64,000 bases of DNA from Histomonas meleagridis 2922-C6/04-290x (taxonomy: Eukaryota; Protista; Parabasalia), in NCBI GenBank assembly GCA_020184695.1, contig JAANOX010000247.1, positions 119,852 through 183,851 of the forward strand. Reading direction: 5' to 3'. A model generated the notes under the pieces. It was not told where the DNA came from. It saw only the letters and a list, made by a program, of their open reading frames with translations, and searched no databases. Below, piece after piece: positions 53,885 to 64,000 of the stretch. The stretch's first letter is position 1; each line of letters begins with the position of its first letter. The position numbers were made by a program, and so were the translations under genes.

Positions 53885-56535
53885 TTAAATATCTTCGGCA
53901 TCAAAATCAATTCCTTCTTGTTCAATGAGTAATTTAACTATTTTTGTATGACCATTTTCAGACGCTAATGTAAGTGCTGTATTAAATAATTTAAATAATT
54001 TCCAAATATTATTTTGAAATATAAAATTATTAAAATAAATATTAAATAAATCAAATAAATATCTTTAGCATCAATATCAATTCCTTTTTGTTCAAGAAGT
54101 AATTTAACTATTTCTGTATGACCTTTTGAAGATGCTTTTATAAATGCTGTTTCAAATAACTTAAATAATTTCCATATATTATTTTGAAATAGAAAATTAT
54201 TAAAATAAATCCAAAATAAAACAAATAAATATCTTTATCATTAATATTAATTCCTTCTTGCTCAAGCAGTAATTTAACTATTTCTGTATAACCATTAAAA
54301 GATGCCAACAGAAGTGCTGACCTAAGTAATTTGAATAAATTCCAAATATTATTTTAAAAAATATTTAATAATTCAAATAAACACTAAATTTAACAAACAA
54401 ATCGTTTTTATATTGATATTAATTCCATTATGTTTAAGAAGTAATTTTAACTGTTTCTATTTTATTATTTCTAGTTGCCCACATAAGTGCTGTATAAGAT
54501 AATTTAAAAAATCACCAAATATTATTTTGAAGTATCAAATCATTGAAATAATCTTTAATTAATAAATATAATCTGTAGCATTAATATCGATTCCTTCTTG
54601 TTTAAGAAGTAATTGAACTATTTCAATATAACCATTAGCCAAAATAAAACAAATAAATATCTTTATCATTAATATTAATTCCTTCTTGCTCAAGCAGTAA
54701 TTTAACTATTTCTGTATAACCATTAAAAGATGCCAACAGAAGTGCTGACCTAAGTAATTTGAATAAATTCCAAATATTATTTTAAAATATTTAATAATTC
54801 AAATAAACACTAAATTTAACAAACAAATCGTTTTTATATTGATATTAATTCCATTATGTTTAAGAAGTAATTTAACTGTTTCTATTTTATTATTTCTAGT
54901 TGCCCACATAAGTGCTGTATAAGATAATTTAAAAAATCACCAAATATTATTTTGAAGTATCAAATCATTGAAATAATCTTTAATTAATAAATATAATCTG
55001 TAGCATTAATATCGATTCCTTCTTGTTTAAGAAGTAATTGAACTATTTCAATATAACCATTAGAAGATGCCAACAAAAGTGGTGTCCAAAGTAATTTAGA
55101 TAATTTCCAAATATTATTTTGAAATTCTAAATTATTAAAATAAATATAATCTTTAGCATTAATATCAATTCCTTCTTGTTTAAGAAGTAATTGAACTATT
55201 TCAATATAACCATTAGAAGATGCTTGCATAAGTGATGTTTCAAATAATTTAAATAATTTCCAAATATTATTTTGAAATATAAAATTATTAAAATAAATTT
55301 CATATAAAACAATCAAATACCTTTAGTATTTATATCAATTCCTTCTTGTAAAAGAAGTAATTTAACTATTCCTGCATGGCCATTTGAAGATGCATAAACA
55401 AGTGCAGTATTAAATAATTTGTAGAATTTCCGTATATTATATTGAAATTGAAAATTATTAAAATAAATATCAAATATAACAAAAAAATATTATCAAAATT
55501 AATAACTTTTTGTTCAAGTAAAAAGTTAAATAACTTAACATTTATAAATTTATTATCTAAAAGCAATTTAATAATTTCATTAGTTTTTATATTTTGTTCT
55601 ATTTTATTTTCATAAATATATTTAAAGATATCATTTCGATGAAATATAATTGCTGCCTCATACGCACTTTCAAATGTTGAATGATTTTGTTCACACAAAT
55701 GAATGATTTCAATATTTCCACCTGCAACTGCATATTTACCTGTATTTTTTACATTAGAACCATTCATAAGTAAATATTTAAAACATTTAACTGATCCAAA
55801 AAATGCTGCATAATCAATTAATGTAACTTTTTTTTTATCATCACTTGAATAGCTAGCATAAGGTGAACTTGGAATTAATCTAATACCATAATCATAAATA
55901 AATGAATGTCCTTCATAAAGTGATTTAATTCTTTGTTTAAATTTAAAGTTTGATTGTGATGAAATTTCTTGAAGTTTTTCTACATCATCATTCCGAATTA
56001 TTTTTGCAAGTTCATTTGGATTATGTCCTTCTTTAATATATTGACCATATAACCCACAATCCTTCGAAATCATATTATGTACAAAAGAAAAAGCACTATT
56101 AACATCAAATGTTTTGATTGAAAACAAATTCATTTCAATCATTTTTTCTCGAATAAGATATGATTCTTGTGAGTTAATGTTAAGAAGTAAATCTTTAAAC
56201 CTATTAATCAATTCATATTTCCTTTTATTTAGATTTTTTTCATTGTTTTCAATTTGTTTCATGAAATTAATATATCTGTTTAATTTGAAATCTTTTATTT
56301 GCGAAACAATTGATGAATATATTAATTGACTCAAAATCAAACTTGAGCAAAATGATATATCGTCGTTTTTTATTATATTCATGGTTGCACTAATGGATTC
56401 AAAAAGATTATCTTCACTCAAATTGTAAATAATTTCTTCAAGACGTTCTAAATCTTGCATAAATTTTGGGATTATACAAGCATTTGACTTAATAATATTT
56501 TCCTTTGCTTTATTTTTACTAAAACTATTTCCCAT
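53885..56535 (-). CDS. DUF3447 + ankyrin-repeat protein whose repeats are interrupted by 74-nt spacers (split gene or pseudogene)
   Basis: ATG 56535; DUF3447 motifs (IDYAAFFGSVKCFKYL, GGNIEIIHLCEQ); 7 distinct stop-free ankyrin modules; in-frame TAA at 53885-53887. Confidence 0.75.
53984..55485 (-). repeat. About 170-bp unit array: 96-nt ankyrin module + 74-nt spacer
   Basis: Spacers at 55412-55485, 55242-55315, 55089-55148 (60 nt), 54922-54995, 54752-54825, 54497-54570, 54324-54399 (76 nt), 54154-54227 and 53984-54057, plus a 17-nt stub at 54639-54655. Confidence 0.9.
54211..55063. repeat. Near-identical tandem duplication (428 bp + 425 bp)
   Basis: 54211-54638 versus 54639-55063; the only differences seen by eye are two homopolymer lengths. 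Confidence 0.9.
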
Positions 56536-57299
56536 CCTCCAGATTTGACGTGCCACTTTTTACTCATGTGAATTGTGCAAATTCAAAATTTTGTAAATCG
56601 CTAAAATCGATAAAGTTTGTTCGAATGCAGCATGTGAATTCATATTTCACAAAATATGCAAATCTCACAAAATTCCGCAATATATCTTATTTGATGCTTA
56701 ATGCATTATTCGATCAATATTTGATCAATATTGATCTAATCGCAAAGATCATTTTTGATAAAAAGGCAAAAGGAATGATTTCAATGACGATACATGTAAA
56801 CTAAATAAATTTGAATACCTTACTTTCATAAAGTGGAAATGCCTTTCAATTATGCATTTATGCATCAACCACGTAATTTTTTAAATAGCATTGAAAAATC
56901 TACACCCAGAATATTCATGTAAAAAAATATTACTTCTCAAATTATAGTAACATGAAAAAATAGGTAACGGCGTGAAAAAATGGGTAACATGATATAATAA
57001 TATTTATATGATTATTTCATTTTTCAAATGAACATGTAGTATAATGGATAGTAATAATATCGTCAGAAGCTAAGGTATGCAGGTTCATAATATTGATAGA
57101 CTAATTTTTTTACTTTTAACATCATAAAGTGTTTTTTGCTTTCATACTAATTTTATACATATAATAATTATAAAAACTATTTTTTTTTTAATTTTTATTG
57201 AAATATCTTTTCTCTCCCCCCATCATTGTCGATAAATAGTGGCATTTCTTGATTGTATTGGAATGTCCTTAGTTTTTGATTTTTTTTGATATCAACATT

Positions 57300-58400
57300 T
57301 CAATAAATCATATTATTTTGCTTGTACTGAGTCATCCCCAATGCCATAAATGCACTAATCACCAGATGAGGGGCAGATGCTTGGTACCAGGCTCCTAATA
57401 TCTTGACGATTTGGTTTGATTGCTTGATTTCATATCGTTTAAAAGTCATTTTCGAATAATTCTTTTTCAATATGCCAAACGTAACTAAATCAAGACGCTG
57501 ACAGCGATCTGAGCTATGTGGAACAAAGAACAAAGTATAAATATTTCTGTCTTGGCATTCAACCAATTTTTCGCTACAATGACACTTCAATCCATCAAGT
57601 AACAATAAAGCAAGTCCTTGATAATTGTACTGAACCCTCTTTCTTTCGATTTCTTCAAAGGAAATATTCTCGGTCCAAAATTTTGAATAGCAAACAGAAC
57701 ATTGCTTTCGTTGTATCCAGAAAGAAATATATCTTCTTCGATTGTTTTTCTGGAAAGAAGAATCATTGGTTTCATCACTGTTCCATCTGCTGAAATACAG
57801 CCGATCAAAGTTGCTCTTTTGCTGTTTCTGTCAACAGGAATTTTGATCGTGTCCTCTGAATAGAAACTTGGAACGAGGACTTTAACGTCATGAGCGTCGA
57901 CCCAGTCACAACAGCCGGTTTCATCAACATTAAAAATAAAAGCACCCGAAATATCGAAACATAGTGCTTCTAATTCGATATACCAATTCCGAATATCTTC
58001 ATCTGAGACATTAACACGATTTTGATCCATTGGCTCACCAGTGATTACTTTAACATTTGGCTATGAATAAACAATATGCCTTAAAGTATCCAACTTTAAT
58101 GTGATTCCAAACTTATATTCAATCACATCAAGAAGTTGATCGTACGTAACGGGTTTTTTCTGCTGAAATTGGAATTCAATGAATTTTTGAACAAAATCGA
58201 GCGCTTCAGGAGAAAGTAGTGACGGTCACTTCCAGGAGATGAAATTTTTGCCGGGCCTATTTTTTTGCTTTTTGATATTGCTTCCAAATTGAAGTTTTTG
58301 TAGAATAGAAAAATTTGGCAATCAATTCAAATGAAACTTTTTCACTGTATTCCCGGAGTTGCTGGCAAACGATAAAAATTTGTTTTCGAAGAGATTTCGC
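57300..58400 (-). mobile_element. Pogo/Tc5-like (DDE_1) transposase pseudogene
   Basis: IFNVDETG, TLIGCISADG..MKP, LLDGLKCH, VPHSSDRCQRLD; frameshift near 57600 and several stops; TIRs not found. Confidence 0.8.
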
Positions 58401-58883
58401 ATTCAGAATAGAATCATTTGAAAAAAAATCATTTGGATATACCTAATGATAGAATTCAAATTATTAAAAAATCTTTTATGAATTTATTAATGCGACTTAA
58501 CTCTAATCAAATTAAATTATTACTTCATTTTTCCTTAATTTCCAACCATCACAAAATAATCTAAAAATGTTTAACGATAGTTTTGTATCATTAATTATTA
58601 TGCGTTTAACCAATTCGATTCAAGATCATCAAAATGAAGCTGATATTATTGAAGCGTTACCTTTATTCATCGTAACAATATTTCTATATATGTGTCATAT
58701 AATATGTTCGAAATTTGCTGATTCATTAATTTTTAAATAAAATTTTTAATGGAAATAAATTAAATTCTTTAAATCATCTAAATACTATGAATCATTAGAA
58801 CTGTATCTTTCACAACATTTAAAAATTTGTACAAAAAATTATAAAATGTAAGGAGAATTATTAAAAAAAACTAAAAATCTTAA

Positions 58884-61051
<2,168 letters not shown>

Positions 61052-61485
61052 AATCTTAAATATATTATTTTTACGAATTTTTTATTAAACTTTAATGGAA
61101 TCTAAATTACAATTCGTGTTATCCCTATTAAGCATTTGAATCATTTCTAATAATGTTTTGATGCATAACGAAGTACTGTATCAAATATTTTATATATTTC
61201 TTGAAAAATATTTTGAAATATGAAATTATCAAGATAAATAATATATGTGACATTAATATCAATTTTTTATTAGCTAATAAAGCATATACATATAATTTTC
61301 ATACTTTAAATAGAATAATGGGTTCTCATTTATTATTATATATATAAAAAACTTTATTGAATTATTAAGTTTTTATCAATATTCATTTGAATGTTGCACC
61401 ATATTATTTCCTTTATACTCCAATATATGGCTGTAACTTGATTCGACGATGTCACTTGAAAAGCTTTAATCTATGAACACAAAAT

Positions 61486-61832
61486 GGGTATAATGAATGG
61501 TGCTCCCGGATTTGAAAGGAATTGAATATATCGGATTTTCCAATGTCGTAGACCATGCAAATAAAACATGTTTTTCAATGCCTATTCAATTATTTTCATG
61601 TTTGTGAGAAAATATTTGCACATTCAATTGTGTTTCAATAAAAATAATTTCGTCTAAAATATTCTATGGAAATAAAAATGACATATACAATACAACAAAA
61701 ATTTGATGGATTTTGGATATTCTTGATATTGAATGAGCATTGAAAAACATGTGTTATTTGCATGGTTCACAAAATTGAAAAATCCGATATATTCAATTCC
61801 TTTCAAATCCAGGAGCACCATTCATTATACCC
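61486..61832. mobile_element. MITE with 105-bp TIRs
   Basis: 61486-61590 is an about 90%-matching inverted copy of 61728-61832; termini GGGTATAATG...CATTATACCC, flanked by AT on both sides. Confidence 0.88.
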
Positions 61833-62947
61833 ATAAATATTTATCTAATTTATTAAAAAATGTGAGATGAAATATTTTAGGTATATAAATGATATATATA
61901 AAATGATATATATAAATTAATCTGATTAATAAAAAATATTAATAAATATAGGCAGTAAAACAAAAATTGATCCCCTTCAATCTTAACCAATGAGAGTAAT
62001 TTTATTTTGACTTTCATTCACATAGTAAAAAGTAAAGTAATCAAGTCTCAAAATTTATTTGAATGTTGTACAATTTCATTTCTTCTAACAACCGTTAATT
62101 TATATCGAAGCAGCTTTGGAACATATTCTATATAGTGCTAAGCATATTTGAAAACTTTTAATAATATTTAATGTATTACATAATATTTCAATAATATGTT
62201 TTTGGTACTTGCATATAAATATTTTAAGAAAATATATGTGAATTACTCAATTAAGTTACTGTCGTACATTTTATTAGTATAGTGGAATAAGTATAATAAA
62301 TTCACTTTTCTGCATTTTTTAGAGATCATCTTTGTTGTTCTTATGCATATATAATTTTCTCTAACTAGATTCTTTAATACTCTATATATTATAACTTTTA
62401 ATCTTACTCAATGAGGATGTAATATTTAATTATAAAGTTTCACATAAATTCAACCATGATTCATTTGAACTTTTTCAATTAAATTTCGATTATCACCGGA
62501 ATTTCAAACAAATTTTTTTCATTATCAAAATAAAGTTTAAAAACTTTACTTATAGTTTATTAATACACACATTCTATATAATAAAATAATATTATTAAAA
62601 ATATTTTTTATTTAGTTGATGTAGAGATAAATGGGTAAATAAAAATTGATTTACATATATTTTTTGTAATATTTTAAAATACATTTATTCTTAACCAAAT
62701 TTAAAAAAAAATGTATAATTATATGATTTATAATTTTTCAAAATAATCAATGCTCAAAATAATCTCTATATCATCATAGATATGTTTTATAAATTTAAAA
62801 TGTTTTTGCTAAAATATATGGAGAAAAAATATAAATATAATTTGGTGCTCATCGCACCTGTACCCCTATAGGACAAAAAAATAATGTAGGCACAAATAAT
62901 TCAAATAAAGTGTTGTGTCAAATTTATTTTTATTCAATTTTTGAATA

Positions 62948-63180
62948 TTTACTTTTGTAAAGCAAGACACTCTTATTTACAAGCGTCACTTTTTTGCCAA
63001 TTACTTTTGTAAAACAAGAGGATCTATTTGATAGGATAGACAAATTTTTTGTAAGGCATTTGTAAACTTCTCAATTTCAGACATTTACTTTTCCAAAGCA
63101 AGACAATATTTTTGTTATTCAGGTGATTTATTTTGTGAATGTGTCACTTTTCGAATATTTACTATTGTAAAGCAAGCCAA
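62948..63180 (+). repeat. Four dispersed copies of TTTACTTTTGTAAAGCAAGAC-like motif
   Basis: Copies near 62948, 63001, 63084 and 63158, upstream of a Merlin fragment. Confidence 0.7.
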
Positions 63181-63275
63181 ACAAAAAGCAAACAGCTGTA
63201 TACACTTTTATTTATCATTCATATTAATTCTAATTCAATATTTTATTATTAAACGTTTAATATTTATTTGTTATT

Positions 63276-63799
63276 ATGAATTACAATCAGCCTCAACAAT
63301 TATCTTTCCCATTTATCGATAATACTTTTCTTTATTTTTGGCTTTTTACAAATGAAGATGCAGCTATTCAATTCGCATTACAGAATGGAGTTATTTATAA
63401 TCAAATGATGTGTGAAGAATGTAATTTCAATATGCAGATTTAGAGAGATTCTTCGAAAGGATTTGAACACAAAGTATTTTTTATTCAGCAAAAATACCAC
63501 TTCCTAAAATTTTTTATTTATTATATTGTTGGGCATATAAATATCCATGTAAAGATACTGAAAGAGAAGTAGGAGTGAGTAGAAACACAGTAACATATTA
63601 TTTTACTTTATTAAGAAATGCCTGTGATGTATATGTTTTATCTTTTGAAGGTTTTATTGTTGGTGGTCCTAATAAAACTGTTCAAATAGATGTAACTTTA
63701 ATGTGCAGAAGAAAATATAATGTTGGACAAGGTTTACACAATCAGAATCAAATGTTTAGAGTCACATTTCAATTAATTGCAAATACAAAGTTTACATAA
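63276..63799 (+). mobile_element. Truncated second Merlin-type transposase (N-terminal half)
   Basis: AIQFALQNGVI...CEEC, KIPLPKIFYLLYCW, GVSRNTVTYYF..LRNAC, VGGPNKTVQIDVTLMCRRKYNVG; stop codon and deletion. Confidence 0.8.
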
Positions 63800-64000
63800 G
63801 TAATTGATTGCGATGAAGAAGAAGAAGAGTTGGGATAAGTAAAAATTTATTTCTTTGATTGTAATAATTTTTTTTCATTTCAAAATAATTGACAAAAGAA
63901 ATATAAATAATATATTATTATATTATTTGAATATTGATTTGTGTGAATTTTTTTGTTACAAATTTCGTAATTTTAAAAATTTGATTATAAAATTTGATGT

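Noticed and set aside
53984-55485. Programmed -1 frameshifting at T TTA AAT within the spacers
   Set aside because: The heptamer is in the correct frame in some spacers but is broken in others. The spacers at 54922 and 54752 have stops in both frames and the one at 55242 starts with TGA, so one slip cannot rescue the array.
53984-55485. Canonical GT-AG or AT-AC introns as an explanation for the spacers
   Set aside because: GT near the 5' end and AG near the 3' end each occur only sporadically and never as a consistent pair. There is no branch motif, and the recurring AC belongs to the Thr codon of the ankyrin TAL motif.
53984-55485. CRISPR-like array
   Set aside because: The variable parts are homologous ankyrin codons, the unit is 170 bp, the context is eukaryotic and there are no cas genes.

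Overview
AT-rich, gene-dense, standard-code eukaryotic DNA with the hallmarks of a parabasalid (Tritrichomonas/Histomonas-like; inferred from BspA, DUF3447-ankyrin and Pmp-like genes, NPxY/acidic surface-protein tails and very short intergenic regions). Bases 1-53.6 kb hold about 25 genes. These include CK1, a pseudouridine synthase, a Tom36/46-like protein, a bacterial-type surface protein, a broken BspA, AP-3 delta, TBL1, a Mex67-like gene, two paralogous small Cys-rich secreted proteins, a GT31, a Pmp-like gene, a catalytically dead cathepsin L, a head-to-head SirTM sirtuin / PARP-like pair, a PH-AGC kinase, IFT172, Uso1 and a BEACH protein. Bases 53.9-64 kb are accessory: a DUF3447-ankyrin gene, a pogo-like transposase relic, a complete Merlin element with an 8-bp TSD and a 680-bp (TAAA)n tract, a MITE and a second Merlin fragment. 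The most striking signal is in the ankyrin gene. Every intact ankyrin module is separated from the next by a length-conserved 74-nt AT-rich spacer that breaks the frame and has no GT-AG ends. This is a candidate non-canonical intron, translational-bypass or cassette system. All family assignments come from motif recognition only; no database searches were run.
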